Source of the DNA: an uncultured bacterium
Lineage (GTDB): Bacteria; Acidobacteriota; Vicinamibacteria; Vicinamibacterales; Vicinamibacteraceae
Direction of reading: 5' to 3'
Assembly (NCBI GenBank): GCA_966211945.1
Contig: CBIHOS010000005.1
Span: 13,665 to 77,664 of the forward strand
Length of the DNA stretch: 64,000 bases
Under the pieces are notes generated by a model. It saw only the letters and a program-made list of their open reading frames with translations. It was not told the origin of the DNA and ran no database searches. A program made the position numbers and the translations under genes. Shown here piece after piece: positions 47,146 to 57,111 of this stretch. How positions within the stretch are numbered: position 1 is the stretch's first letter; each line of letters begins with the position of its first letter.

Positions 47146-49965
47146 ATGACGCTCCGGTCACTGGCCTTCCTGCCGATCGTCCTCCTTCTCGCCGCCGCCG
47201 CGCCCGATCGGGCCGGGGCACAGACGTCATCACTCGTCGTCCGTGTGTCGTGGGGGCACCGTACGCCCCGCGCTCTGCCAGTCTTCCTCGGGGTAGACGG
47301 CACGAGAGGGCTGGACGTCCGGACCGTTGCGCCACAGGCACTCGAGCGTGGCGATCGGGTCGACGGGCACGTCACGCGCACCACCGCCGGGGGCGGCGAC
47401 GTCGACGGGGTGACGCTGACGGTGGACTACCCAGGCGTGCCCTCGACGGTCACCCAGAACGTCCACATCCTCTGGACCGACCTGATTGCGGCCAGCGACG
47501 CCGACACCGCACGCCGCCTGCTCGAGGATCCGGCCTTTCGCGCCGCCGCGCCGGCGCTCACGATCCGCCTGGACGACGCCGGCACGCGCGGCTTCACGGT
47601 CACGGTGCCGCAGTTGCTCGCCGCGAAGGCCCTGTGGATTCCATCGCTGGACGTGTTCGTCTCGGCCGGCGAGCCCGCCCCGTCGTTGGACGACCACCTG
47701 CGCGCACTCGCCGCGCGCGGCGGCCAGCGCATGCTCGACCGGCTTCGCAGCGAGCCCGAGGCGACGCTGGCCCAGTACATGGCCCGCTGGGAGGACATGG
47801 GACACCCGTCCTACAGCAACCCGCAGCCGCGCGGCCCAGGCCACATCGTCGGACTCACCTGGGACAGCGCCATCCACAAGTTCGGCATCGACCGCGGCGC
47901 CGGCGTGTGGAGCGACGAGGGCAATCCGGACAGAATCCGCTTCTGGTTTGCGTTCGGCGAGATGGGCAAGGGCATCTCGTCCACGTGGAAGAGCCAGCGC
48001 CTGGCCGACGGCCTGCCCGTGATGACGACAACGTTCGAGGAGGACGGCGTCCGCTACGAAGTCGAGCAGTTCGCGTATCCGTTGCAGGGGCCGCCGTCGG
48101 AGCGGCGGGGCGACATGCCGATGGTGCTGCTGCAGCAGCTCACTGTGCGGGAACTGCGCGGCACGGCCCGTTCCCTGCCGGTGTCGATGACGCACCGGCG
48201 CCAGCAGCCACCGTACTTCGACGGCACGATCGTGCAGGAGCGGCGCGGCGCCTCGACGCTGTTCCGCGAGCGCGGTCGCGGCCACGTCCTGCTCGCCGTC
48301 GAGGGGGCCGGCGACGAGATGCCGTGGAGCGGCACCATCGACTACCAGAGCGGCCAGAACCCGCAGAAGCGGTTGGACGCCACGGTCTTCGTCGATTTGC
48401 CGGCCAACGGCATGCGCCGTCTGGTGGTCAAGCTGCCGTCGCCAGTCGTTCGCGATGCCGACGTCGCGACGCTGGCGGCGATCGACTACGCGAAGGCGCG
48501 CGAGGCGACCGTCGCCTTCTGGAACGGACTGCTGGCGCGTGGCGCCCAGTTCCGGGTGCCCGAGCCCAGGGTGAACGAGCTCGTGCGGGCGAGCCTGTGG
48601 CACGCGCTGCGCCTGCCGCGCCGCCACGGCGGCGACGGCCCGGATGTCCGGATCGACCTGCCGTACTCCAACTTCGCATACAGCCAGGTCGGGACGCCGT
48701 GGCCGGTCAACCAGGCCGTGTACGTGGACTACATGCTGTACGACCTGCGCGGCTACCACGCGATCTCGGAAGAGGAGCTGCGCGCGCAGTACCGCAACAA
48801 CCAGGAGGCGAACGGGCACGTCAGCGGCTACGCGAACTGGCACGTCTACACGCCGGCGATGCTCTACGCGGTGGCGCAGCATTACCTGCTGTCGCAGGAC
48901 CGCGCCGCGTTCGATCGCCTGCTGCCGCAATCGCTGGCGGCGATGGACTGGTGTCTGGCCCAGCTCGAACACAGCGCCGGCACCGGCGGCACCGCCCGCG
49001 GGCTGGTGGCCGGCCCGTTGAACGACCTGACCGGGCAGGGACTGTGGGCCTTCAACCAGGCGTACTTCTACGCGGGCCTCGATCTCTTCGGGCGTGCCCT
49101 CGAGCGGCACGGCCACCCGCGCGCGGCCGCCGCGCGAGACGCCGCCCGGACCCTGCGCGAGGCGATCGCGCGTGGCTTCGGTGCGGCGAGCACGCGATCG
49201 CCCCTCGTCCAGCTGCGCGATGGCACCTGGACGCCCTACGTCCCGGCCGAAGCGCTGGCGACCGGCCGGCTCCTCGACCAGTGGTACGCGACAGACGTCG
49301 ACACCGGCGCCGGCCATCTGCTGCGCCTGAAGGCGCTGCCGGCGACCGGCGTCATGGCCGACGCGCTGCTGAACGATCACGAGGACAACCTCTTCTACAA
49401 GGGCTGGGGCATCGCCAACGAGCCGGTCTACAACCAGCACGCCACGGCGTACCTGCTGCGTGACGAGCCCGAGGCGGTGGTGCGCACCTTCTACAGCTAC
49501 ATCGCGAGCGCGTTCAGCCACTCGGTGCTCGAGCCCGTCGAGCATCGCTGGACCCATGGGCAGTACTTCGGACCGCCGAGCACCGATGGCGCCTGGTTCG
49601 AGCTGTTCCGCAACATGCTGGTGCGCGAGCGTGACGATGACGCGCTGGTGATCGGGCAGGCGATACCCCGCGCGTGGCTCGGCGACGGCAAGACGATCGA
49701 GATCGAGAACGCCCCGACGTATTTCGGCCGGCTCACCGCGACGATCGAGAGCCGTGTGGCGTCCGGCGAGATCCGGGCCGACATCAGGATGCCGTCGGGC
49801 TCGCGGCCGTCCTCGCTCCTCGTGCGGTTCCGCCATCCGGACGGCGCCCGCATGCGCACGGTCACGGTCAACGGGCAACCGTGGACCGACCTCCAGGCCG
49901 ACGCCGACTTCGTCCGCATCCCGTCGCCTGCCGCCCAACGCTACGAAATCGTCGTCCGCTACTGA
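47146..49965 (+). CDS. Secreted protein with a probable (alpha/alpha)6 six-hairpin glycosidase-like domain
   Basis: Signal peptide (AGA-Q); Trp/Tyr-rich helical core (GLVAGPLNDL, NQAYFYAGL); C-terminal GQAIPRAWL...IENAPTYFG beta-sandwich. Family not assigned. Confidence 0.6.
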   Translation: MTLRSLAFLPIVLLLAAAAPDRAGAQTSSLVVRVSWGHRTPRALPVFLGVDGTRGLDVRTVAPQALERGDRVDGHVTRTTAGGGDVDGVTLTVDYPGVPSTVTQNVHILWTDLIAASDADTARRLLEDPAFRAAAPALTIRLDDAGTRGFTVTVPQLLAAKALWIPSLDVFVSAGEPAPSLDDHLRALAARGGQRMLDRLRSEPEATLAQYMARWEDMGHPSYSNPQPRGPGHIVGLTWDSAIHKFGIDRGAGVWSDEGNPDRIRFWFAFGEMGKGISSTWKSQRLADGLPVMTTTFEEDGVRYEVEQFAYPLQGPPSERRGDMPMVLLQQLTVRELRGTARSLPVSMTHRRQQPPYFDGTIVQERRGASTLFRERGRGHVLLAVEGAGDEMPWSGTIDYQSGQNPQKRLDATVFVDLPANGMRRLVVKLPSPVVRDADVATLAAIDYAKAREATVAFWNGLLARGAQFRVPEPRVNELVRASLWHALRLPRRHGGDGPDVRIDLPYSNFAYSQVGTPWPVNQAVYVDYMLYDLRGYHAISEEELRAQYRNNQEANGHVSGYANWHVYTPAMLYAVAQHYLLSQDRAAFDRLLPQSLAAMDWCLAQLEHSAGTGGTARGLVAGPLNDLTGQGLWAFNQAYFYAGLDLFGRALERHGHPRAAAARDAARTLREAIARGFGAASTRSPLVQLRDGTWTPYVPAEALATGRLLDQWYATDVDTGAGHLLRLKALPATGVMADALLNDHEDNLFYKGWGIANEPVYNQHATAYLLRDEPEAVVRTFYSYIASAFSHSVLEPVEHRWTHGQYFGPPSTDGAWFELFRNMLVRERDDDALVIGQAIPRAWLGDGKTIEIENAPTYFGRLTATIESRVASGEIRADIRMPSGSRPSSLLVRFRHPDGARMRTVTVNGQPWTDLQADADFVRIPSPAAQRYEIVVRY

Positions 49966-50107
49966 CGCCCTTCACGCCGTCGTCATAACGGATCCAATAG
50001 GCGGGACGCTCACGCGCAAACGGCGCCGCACCCGATTGATTGCCCGCAGTCGGGGTTCGAGAATGCCGAGCATCACGCGCGTCCCGCTGGAGTCTTCTGG
50101 AGGTCAC

Positions 50108-53100
50108 ATGTCTACGCTCAGGGATCTGTTCGTCCGATCCATGCTTGTGCTGCTGCTCGGCGCGCCGCTGATCGCCCAGGTCGGCACGCAGGGGTCCATC
50201 CTCGGCGCGGTTGTCGATTCATCGAAGGCCGCCCTTCCTGGCGCGACCGTCGTCGCCACCAACCTCGATACCGGCATCGCGCAGGAAGTCGTCGCCGACG
50301 CCGCCGGCAACTTCGAGATCCTCGCCCTGCCCATCGGCCCGTACTCGGTGACGGTGTCGATGGCCGGGTTCAAGACCTGGAAGGTCGAGCGGCTGGTGCT
50401 GACCGTCGGTCAGCGCAACCGTGTCTCGCCCGAACTCGAGGTCGGCAGCATCTCGGAGGAGGTCTCGGTCGAAGCCGGGCCACCGCTCCTGCAGACCGAG
50501 CGCAGCTCGGTGCAGACGGTGATCGAGATGAAGCAGATCCGCGAGCTGCCTCTCAGCACGCGCAACCCGGTGGTGCTCGTGAACCTGGTGCCCGGCATGC
50601 GGTTCACGGGCAGCGGTGGACCCGAGCGCGGGTCCACCGTGCAGGGCTTCGGCCTGCGCGGCAACCAGACGGAGTTCCAGCTGGACGGGCTCAACGCCAA
50701 CGCCGGCATGGACGAAGGCGGCATGACGATTCCCAATGTCGACACGATCGCCGAGTTCAGCGTCGAGACCTCCAGCTTCAGCGCCGAGAACGGCCGTAAC
50801 CCGCTGCAGGTCGTGATGGCGACAAAGGCCGGCACCAACGCCTTCCATGGCACGGCGTGGGAGTTCGTGCAGAACGACGCCTTCAATGCCCGCAACGCCT
50901 TCGCGGTGGCGCGTCCGGCCAAGCTCGAACGCAACCAGTTCGGCGCGACGCTCGGCGGCCCGATCGTGCGTGGCCGAACGTTCTTCTTCGGCAGTTTCGA
51001 AGCCACGCCGATCCGCCAGGAGACGATCTTCAACTCCGTCGTCGTGCAGCCGGCCATGCTCCAGGGAGACTTCTCTGGTCTCGGCAAGGCAATCATCGAC
51101 CCGCTGACCGGGCAGCCGTTTCCGGGCAACGTCATCCCCGCCAACCGCATCTCGGCGGCGTCGCGGTCCTTCTTTCCCTACGTGTTGCAGCCCAACTCGC
51201 CGGACGGACGGTTCCGCGCCGTTGCGCCGGTGGAGGACGACACGTACCAGTACACGGCGCGCGTCGATCACCAGCTGACGCGCAGCCAGCGCATCTACGG
51301 TCGCTGGGTGATGAACTCCAACGACAACGCGTCGCCGGGCTACACACCCGACATCACCTCGACGACCGAGACGCGGCAGCACAACATCGGCGTCAACTAC
51401 ACCAACTCGCTGACGTCCAACCTGCTCCTGACGGCGACCGCCGGGTATCTCAAGTCCGACAACCGCTTCACGTCGCCGGTCGTCGGCATCGACAACCTCG
51501 TGGCGCAGGCCGGCATCCAGGGCATCGGCACGGCGGGACGCGAAGACTTCGTCGGCCTGCCCAACGCAAACATCACGGGGTACACGGGCTTCTCGGCGCC
51601 GTGGGGTGTTCCCGGGCGTTTGTGGAGCGACGTCACCAACGCCAAGGTGAGCCTGACCTGGATCCGCGGGCCGCACAATCTGAGTGCGGGCTACGAGTTC
51701 AACGACCGCAGCGTCTACGGGCGCCACGGCTCGCACTCGCCGCGCGGCACCTTCGACTTCAACGGGCAGTACACCGGCGACGGCTTCGCCGACTACCTGC
51801 TCGGCCTGACGTCGGGCACGCGCCGCAACTTCCCGCTCGAGACGTTCGGTCTGGACAGCTCGCCGTACTCGGGTCTGTACGTGCAGGACTTCTGGAAGGC
51901 GCGGCAGAACCTCACGATCGGGCTCGGCCTGCGCTACGAGTACTGGCACGAGAAGTCGCTGCGCGCCGGCAATGGCGCGACGTTCGACCCGGCGATCGGC
52001 AAGGTCATCGCCGGTGTCGACGACGATGGGTCGGTGAACCTGGGGCAGCAGCCGGTGTCACCGTTCCTCGCGGCCTCGTCGCAGGGTCTGTGGGTGCCGG
52101 CCAGTGACGTCGGCATCCCGAACGGGCTGTTCAAGTCGAGCGGCAACGTCTCGCCGCGCCTCGGCATCACGTGGCGCCCCGACGTGATCCCGGACTTCGT
52201 CGTCCGCGGCGGCTATGGCCTCTACTACAACAGCTTCACCGGCAACCGCTCGGCCTCGTCGATCGTCGGCCTGCCGTACTGGACATGGGAAGCCCTCTCC
52301 TTCAGTTCGCTGAGCCTGCAGCAGTGGGAGACCGCGTGGCCGGCCGACCCGCGCACGTTCATCCAGCCGTCGGTGGGTGAGTCGCCGGCGTGGGACATCG
52401 AACCGGCCCGCTCGCACCAGTTCAACGTGTCGGTGCAGAAGGGCATGCCCTGGAACTCGGCGCTGACCGTGTCGTACGTCGGCGTGCGGCTGCGCGACCA
52501 GGTGTCGCTGTTCCCGTACAACGAGGTCGCCCCTGGCGCGTACACCAACCTGCAGGCGGCCAAGCCGTACCCGGCCTTCGGCGAGATCAACGTGCTCGAG
52601 AATCGCGGATCGGCCGATTACAACGCGCTGCAGATCAAGTGGGATCGCCGCTTCTCCGACGGCTTCTCGTTCGCCGGGTCGTACTCACTGGCGAAGGACA
52701 CGGCCGACACCGTCGCCGACGACGAGACCGGCCGCATCCAGCCGTTCACGCCGGAAGGCTATCAGCGCGGCCGCTCGCCGAACGACAGGCGCCACATGCT
52801 CTGGATCAACGCCGTGTACGAGCTGCCGTTCGGCCGCGACAAGCGGTTCCTCAACACGCTGCACCCGGTCGCCAATGCGTTCATCGGCGGCTGGCAGCTG
52901 AGCGGCATCAACAGCTTCGTCTCCGGTGCGCCGCGCACCATCACCGTGCCAGGCGCGACGCTCGGCAACGGCTGGGGCACGCGCGCCAACCTGACGGGCG
53001 ATCCGAACGTCTCCGATCCGTCTGCGACGCAGTGGTTCAACACGGCGGCGTTCTCGGCGCCGGGGCAGTACGCCTACGGCAACTCGCCCATCGGCGTCAT

Positions 53101-53317
53101 CGAAGGGCCGGCGACGCACATCCTGGACCTCGGGCTGATGAAGAACTTCTCGCTCGGCGGCAGCAAGTACATCCAGGTGCGCGCCGAGGCCTACAACGCG
53201 CTCAACAAGAAGAACCTCGGCAACCCGGGCACGACGCTCGGCACCGCCAACTTCGGGCGCATCCTGAGCGCCGGCGCCGCGCGGACGATGCAGTTCGGCG
53301 TCAAACTGTCGTTCTAG
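50108..53317 (+). CDS. TonB-dependent receptor (Oar-like, carboxypeptidase-regulatory-like N-terminal domain)
   Basis: GGAGGT RBS; GSILGAVVDSSKAALPGATV, FQLDGLN, KAGTNAFHGTAWEF, C-terminal QFGVKLSF. Confidence 0.92.
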   Translation: MSTLRDLFVRSMLVLLLGAPLIAQVGTQGSILGAVVDSSKAALPGATVVATNLDTGIAQEVVADAAGNFEILALPIGPYSVTVSMAGFKTWKVERLVLTVGQRNRVSPELEVGSISEEVSVEAGPPLLQTERSSVQTVIEMKQIRELPLSTRNPVVLVNLVPGMRFTGSGGPERGSTVQGFGLRGNQTEFQLDGLNANAGMDEGGMTIPNVDTIAEFSVETSSFSAENGRNPLQVVMATKAGTNAFHGTAWEFVQNDAFNARNAFAVARPAKLERNQFGATLGGPIVRGRTFFFGSFEATPIRQETIFNSVVVQPAMLQGDFSGLGKAIIDPLTGQPFPGNVIPANRISAASRSFFPYVLQPNSPDGRFRAVAPVEDDTYQYTARVDHQLTRSQRIYGRWVMNSNDNASPGYTPDITSTTETRQHNIGVNYTNSLTSNLLLTATAGYLKSDNRFTSPVVGIDNLVAQAGIQGIGTAGREDFVGLPNANITGYTGFSAPWGVPGRLWSDVTNAKVSLTWIRGPHNLSAGYEFNDRSVYGRHGSHSPRGTFDFNGQYTGDGFADYLLGLTSGTRRNFPLETFGLDSSPYSGLYVQDFWKARQNLTIGLGLRYEYWHEKSLRAGNGATFDPAIGKVIAGVDDDGSVNLGQQPVSPFLAASSQGLWVPASDVGIPNGLFKSSGNVSPRLGITWRPDVIPDFVVRGGYGLYYNSFTGNRSASSIVGLPYWTWEALSFSSLSLQQWETAWPADPRTFIQPSVGESPAWDIEPARSHQFNVSVQKGMPWNSALTVSYVGVRLRDQVSLFPYNEVAPGAYTNLQAAKPYPAFGEINVLENRGSADYNALQIKWDRRFSDGFSFAGSYSLAKDTADTVADDETGRIQPFTPEGYQRGRSPNDRRHMLWINAVYELPFGRDKRFLNTLHPVANAFIGGWQLSGINSFVSGAPRTITVPGATLGNGWGTRANLTGDPNVSDPSATQWFNTAAFSAPGQYAYGNSPIGVIEGPATHILDLGLMKNFSLGGSKYIQVRAEAYNALNKKNLGNPGTTLGTANFGRILSAGAARTMQFGVKLSF

Positions 53318-53761
53318 ATGGGATCCGGACAGGTGTACATGCTGCTGGGGCTTCTCAGCTTCAGCATGCTGGGCGTGCTCCACAAGGTCGCCGACGTGAA
53401 GCAGGGCCGCCCGCCGGCGATCAACGCGCTGCTGGCGGTCTCCTCGCTCGTCTTCGTCCTCGCGTTCGTGATGTTCGGGACCGCTGGTGGACCGGCGGCC
53501 CCTCGCCCCGTGGCGCTGATCGCGATCCCCTTCGGGATCAGCGCCTCGGTGGCGATCCTGGCCTTCCAGGCGGGCGTCAAGCACGGCAGCATCGCCACCA
53601 GCTGGCTGGCCATCAACCTGTCGGCGGGGATTCCGACCGTTGCCTCGATCTTGATCTACGACGAGCCGGTTGGCACGGCCAAGGCGCTCGCGCTGGCGCT
53701 GATTCCGGTGTCGATGTTCCTGTTGTGGCAGGACAAGAAGCAGCAGGAGCGTGGCCGGTGA
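53318..53761 (+). CDS. EamA/DMT-family half transporter
   Basis: Several hydrophobic helices; starts immediately after the TBDR stop. Confidence 0.65.
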   Translation: MGSGQVYMLLGLLSFSMLGVLHKVADVKQGRPPAINALLAVSSLVFVLAFVMFGTAGGPAAPRPVALIAIPFGISASVAILAFQAGVKHGSIATSWLAINLSAGIPTVASILIYDEPVGTAKALALALIPVSMFLLWQDKKQQERGR

Positions 53762-54201
53762 GCGATCGCCACGACGCCGGAGTGTGGCTCCGGCTGATGC
53801 TGGTGTCGTTCCTCGCCAACGGCATCGGACCGTTCGGTCTGAAGATCCTGACCGAAATGGGCCTCGCCGGCGCCTACCAGGCCCAGTACCTCCTGTACTG
53901 GTACCTGGGTGGCTTCGTCTTCGCGGCCGCCGCCTTGTGGCGCAGCGGCCTGCGCCCGACGTCGAGCGAAATGCGGCTCGGGGCGCTGATGGGCGGGTGC
54001 AGCCTGCTCGGCCAGTCGTTCACCGGCCTGGCGCTGGCCAACGGCATGCCCGGTCACGTGGTCTTTCCGATCACGACCGGCGGATCGCTGTTCCTCGTCG
54101 CCAGCGCCGGCCTGCTGTTGTTCAAGGAGAAAGTCGGGCCTTACGGGATTGCGGGCATGGTGCTGGGCATCGCCGCGCTCGTCGGGCTCAGCCTCGGCTA
54201 G
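53758..54201 (+). CDS. EamA/DMT-family half transporter (partner)
   Basis: GTGA overlap; VVFPITTGGSL...LLFKEKV...GMVLGIAALV (EamA-type C-terminus). Confidence 0.7.
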   Translation: MSDRHDAGVWLRLMLVSFLANGIGPFGLKILTEMGLAGAYQAQYLLYWYLGGFVFAAAALWRSGLRPTSSEMRLGALMGGCSLLGQSFTGLALANGMPGHVVFPITTGGSLFLVASAGLLLFKEKVGPYGIAGMVLGIAALVGLSLG

Positions 54202-54237
54202 TCGGGCCGGGCCAGCACCACCAGGGAGGGTGTCCGT

Positions 54238-54939
54238 TTGACACAACCACACGGCAGCATGGCGTCCGCAGAACGGGCGACGCCGGCCGATCTCGAACTC
54301 TTCGCGCATCTGGAAGCCGCGCTGTACACGGCGGTGATCTCCGACGCGCTCGACGACCTCGGCTACCGCCAGCAGGCGATGGCCGAGCATCTCAGGCCCA
54401 TCGGCACCGACGTCAAGTTCGCCGGCTGGGCCCGTACGATCTCGTGCATGGACACGTACCACGTGCCCGAGGACCCCTACGGCACCGAGATCGCCGCGAT
54501 CGACAGCATCCTGCCCGGCGAGGTCGTGGTGGTGTCCACCGGCGGGTCGAAGCGCAACGCGCCGTGGGGCGAACTGCTGTCGACGGCGGCCGTGGCGCGG
54601 GGAGCGCGTGGGGCCGTCGTGGACGGGCTGGTCCGCGACGTCCGACGCATCCAGGAACTGCGGTTCCCGCTTTTCGCCGCAGGGATGAAGCCGGTGGACT
54701 CCAAGGGCCGTGGCCAGGTCGTGGCGTGGAACGTGCCGGTCGAATGCGCCGGCGTGCTCGTCTCGCCGCGGGACCTGGTGTTTGCCGACCTGGACGGCGT
54801 GATCACCATTCCGGCGGCGATGGTCGGGGAGGTCGTCGCGCTGGCCACCGACAAGGTCTCGCGCGAGAATCACAGTCGCGAAGAGCTGCGCAACGGCGCG
54901 TTCCTACGCAACGTGTACGAGAAGTACGGCGTACTCTGA
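54238..54939 (+). CDS. RraA-family / HMG-CHA aldolase-like protein
   Basis: TAVISDALD, APWGELLSTAA, AVVDGLVRD, DLVFADLDGVITIP; GGAGG RBS + TTG. Confidence 0.85.
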   Translation: MTQPHGSMASAERATPADLELFAHLEAALYTAVISDALDDLGYRQQAMAEHLRPIGTDVKFAGWARTISCMDTYHVPEDPYGTEIAAIDSILPGEVVVVSTGGSKRNAPWGELLSTAAVARGARGAVVDGLVRDVRRIQELRFPLFAAGMKPVDSKGRGQVVAWNVPVECAGVLVSPRDLVFADLDGVITIPAAMVGEVVALATDKVSRENHSREELRNGAFLRNVYEKYGVL

Positions 54940-54949
54940 CGGCTTCGCT

Positions 54950-55034
54950 GAGGGCCCTGGTCATTCGGCTTCGCTGTCGGCCTTTGGCCTTCGCGGCGCC
55001 GATTGCCAAGGCCCAGGGCCCAGGGCCAAGGGCC
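54950..55034. repeat. Inverted GGCC(C/A)AG-type heptamer arms
   Basis: gccaagg-cccaggg-cccaggg-ccaaggg at 55005-55034, facing ggccctgg/ggcctttggcctt. Confidence 0.5.
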
Positions 55035-55048
55035 GAATCGATTGCTGA

Positions 55049-55891
55049 ATGATTGTCGACGTCCACACCCACGTCTGGGAGTCCGCGCACATCTCAGACG
55101 CCTTCGTCCAGGACGCGCGGATCACGGCGAACAACCCGTCGCTCGAGATCGCGGTCGATCTCGACGCGCACTGGGCCGCCATGGCACCTGTCGACAAGGC
55201 CATCGTCCTCGGCTTCCGGGCCAGCCACGTCGGCGTGCTCGTGCCCAACGAGTACGTGGCCGGATACGTGGCGCAGCACCCGGAGAAATTGATCGGCTTC
55301 TGCTCGGTGGATCCGCTGGACGAGGACGCCGTCGAGCAGTTCGAACACGCGGTCCGGACGCTTGGACTGCGCGGTCTGAAGGTTGCCCCGATCTACCAGA
55401 ACGTCCACCCGCAGGATCAGCGCTTCGTGCGCCTGATGCAGGCGGCGCTGGACCTGGACGTGCCAGTCCTGATTCACCAGGGCACGACGTTCTGCGAGAA
55501 CGTCTCGCTGGAACTCGCCAATCCCGTCCTCCTTCAGCCGCTCGCGTTGCGGTTTCCCGGCCTGCGGATGGTGATCGCGCACATGGGGCACCCGTGGGTC
55601 GCCGAGACGATGGTTCTGATCCGGAAGCACCGGCACCTGTACAGCGACATCTCGGCACTGTATTACCGCCCCTGGCAGTTCTACAACGCGTTGGTCCTGG
55701 CGATGGAGTACGGCGTGCTCGATCGACTGCTGTTCGGCACGGACTATCCGTTCACGACGCCGGCTTCGACGATCGAGGCGCTGCGCCGCGTCGACGCGAT
55801 GGTCGAGGGCACGAACCTGCCGCGGATCCCGATCGACAAGATCGAGGCGATGATCCACCGCGACGCGTTGCCGCTATTGGGGCTCACGTAG
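55049..55891 (+). CDS. Amidohydrolase_2-family metal-dependent hydrolase
   Basis: DVHTH, GLKVAPIYQ, VLIHQG, IAHMGHP, LLFGTDYP. Confidence 0.88.
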   Translation: MIVDVHTHVWESAHISDAFVQDARITANNPSLEIAVDLDAHWAAMAPVDKAIVLGFRASHVGVLVPNEYVAGYVAQHPEKLIGFCSVDPLDEDAVEQFEHAVRTLGLRGLKVAPIYQNVHPQDQRFVRLMQAALDLDVPVLIHQGTTFCENVSLELANPVLLQPLALRFPGLRMVIAHMGHPWVAETMVLIRKHRHLYSDISALYYRPWQFYNALVLAMEYGVLDRLLFGTDYPFTTPASTIEALRRVDAMVEGTNLPRIPIDKIEAMIHRDALPLLGLT

Positions 55892-55957
55892 CCTGTAGCC
55901 TACGGCCTGCAGCCTACGGCCTGCAGCCTACCCGGTACCCGGTACCCGGTACCCGGT
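55891..55957. repeat. Composite heptamer array (GCCTACG/GCCTGCA then ACCCGGT x4)
   Basis: Read directly; lies between convergent genes. Confidence 0.85.
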
Positions 55958-55959
55958 CG

Positions 55960-57111
55960 CTACGCGATCCGATACTTCCCGATCGTGGCCTCGTCCACCT
56001 CGACGCCGAGGCCGGGCGCGGTGGGGACGGCGACGTGGCCGTCGACGATCCGCAGTGGCTCGCGCACCATCGCGCGGCTCAGCGGGCCTTGTGACGCGTT
56101 GAACTCGATGAACGCGGCGTGCCGCTGGAACGCGTTGAGATGCAGCGACGCGGCAGTCAGCAGGTCCGACGACCACGAATGCGGAATCACGAGGACGTTG
56201 GCCATCTCCGCCATGTGGACGATCTTGCGCGCCACGGTGAACCCGCCGCAGCGCGTGAGGTCCGGCTGCACGACGTCGACGCGGGCCCGTTCGATCAACT
56301 CCTTGAAGCCCCATTCGGTCGCTTCCTGTTCACCGCACGCGACCAGCGTGTCGACCGCATCGGCGACGCGGCGGTAGCCGTCGTAGTCCTCGGGGTGGAG
56401 GATCTCCTCGACGAAGAACGGCGAGAACGGCTCGATCGACCGGATGGTCTGGATCGCCTGCTTCGGCGTCCGCTCGACGAACCAGCCGGTGTCCACGAGC
56501 AGGTCGCGATCGGGGCCGAGCGCCTCACGCGCCGCTTCGACCAGCCTCACGTCAAGCGAGGGGTCCTTGCCGAAGACGCCCCAGCCGAACTTCACCGCGG
56601 TGAAGCCCTCGTCGATGTAGCGGGCCGCCGCATCGCGCATCGCCTGCGGCGTCGGCCGGAACAGCGTGCTCGCGTATGCGCGCACCGAGTCGCGCCATTT
56701 GCCGCCGAGCAGCACGTGCACGGGCTGCCCGTAGGCCTTGCCCATGATGTCCCAGAGCGCGATGTCGATGGCGGAGATCGCCTGGATCGCCACGCCGCGG
56801 CGGCCGTAGTAGATGCTGCCGCGGTACATCTTGTACCAGAGGCGTTCGACTTCGAGCGGGTTCTCGCCGACGATCAGCGACGCGAGCCCGTCGAACGCCT
56901 GGATCTCGCCGTCGCTCCATTGCGGCGCCTCCACGGCGGCCTTGGCCACCGAGGCGGCGGTCTCCATGTCGGAGTAGCCGGTGATGCCGGCGTCGGTCGA
57001 GACCTTCACGAGCCCCATGTAGGTCGGGCCCGGCGGCTCCTCGTCCGTGTCGGTGCTGCGGTACAGGCCCGGCGACTTCAGGACCATGACCTCGACGTTC
57101 GTGATCTTCAT
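55960..57111 (-). CDS. Mandelate racemase/muconate lactonising enzyme-family acid-sugar dehydratase
   Basis: AISAIDIALWDIMGK, metal ligands LVDTG / FVEE / CGEQE, VQPD, IPH; KFG rather than KxK. Confidence 0.9.
   Translation of the reverse strand: MKITNVEVMVLKSPGLYRSTDTDEEPPGPTYMGLVKVSTDAGITGYSDMETAASVAKAAVEAPQWSDGEIQAFDGLASLIVGENPLEVERLWYKMYRGSIYYGRRGVAIQAISAIDIALWDIMGKAYGQPVHVLLGGKWRDSVRAYASTLFRPTPQAMRDAAARYIDEGFTAVKFGWGVFGKDPSLDVRLVEAAREALGPDRDLLVDTGWFVERTPKQAIQTIRSIEPFSPFFVEEILHPEDYDGYRRVADAVDTLVACGEQEATEWGFKELIERARVDVVQPDLTRCGGFTVARKIVHMAEMANVLVIPHSWSSDLLTAASLHLNAFQRHAAFIEFNASQGPLSRAMVREPLRIVDGHVAVPTAPGLGVEVDEATIGKYRIA

Noticed and set aside
47230-51949. 902-aa and 576-aa minus-strand ORFs
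   Set aside because: Antisense shadows of the six-hairpin and TonB receptor genes.
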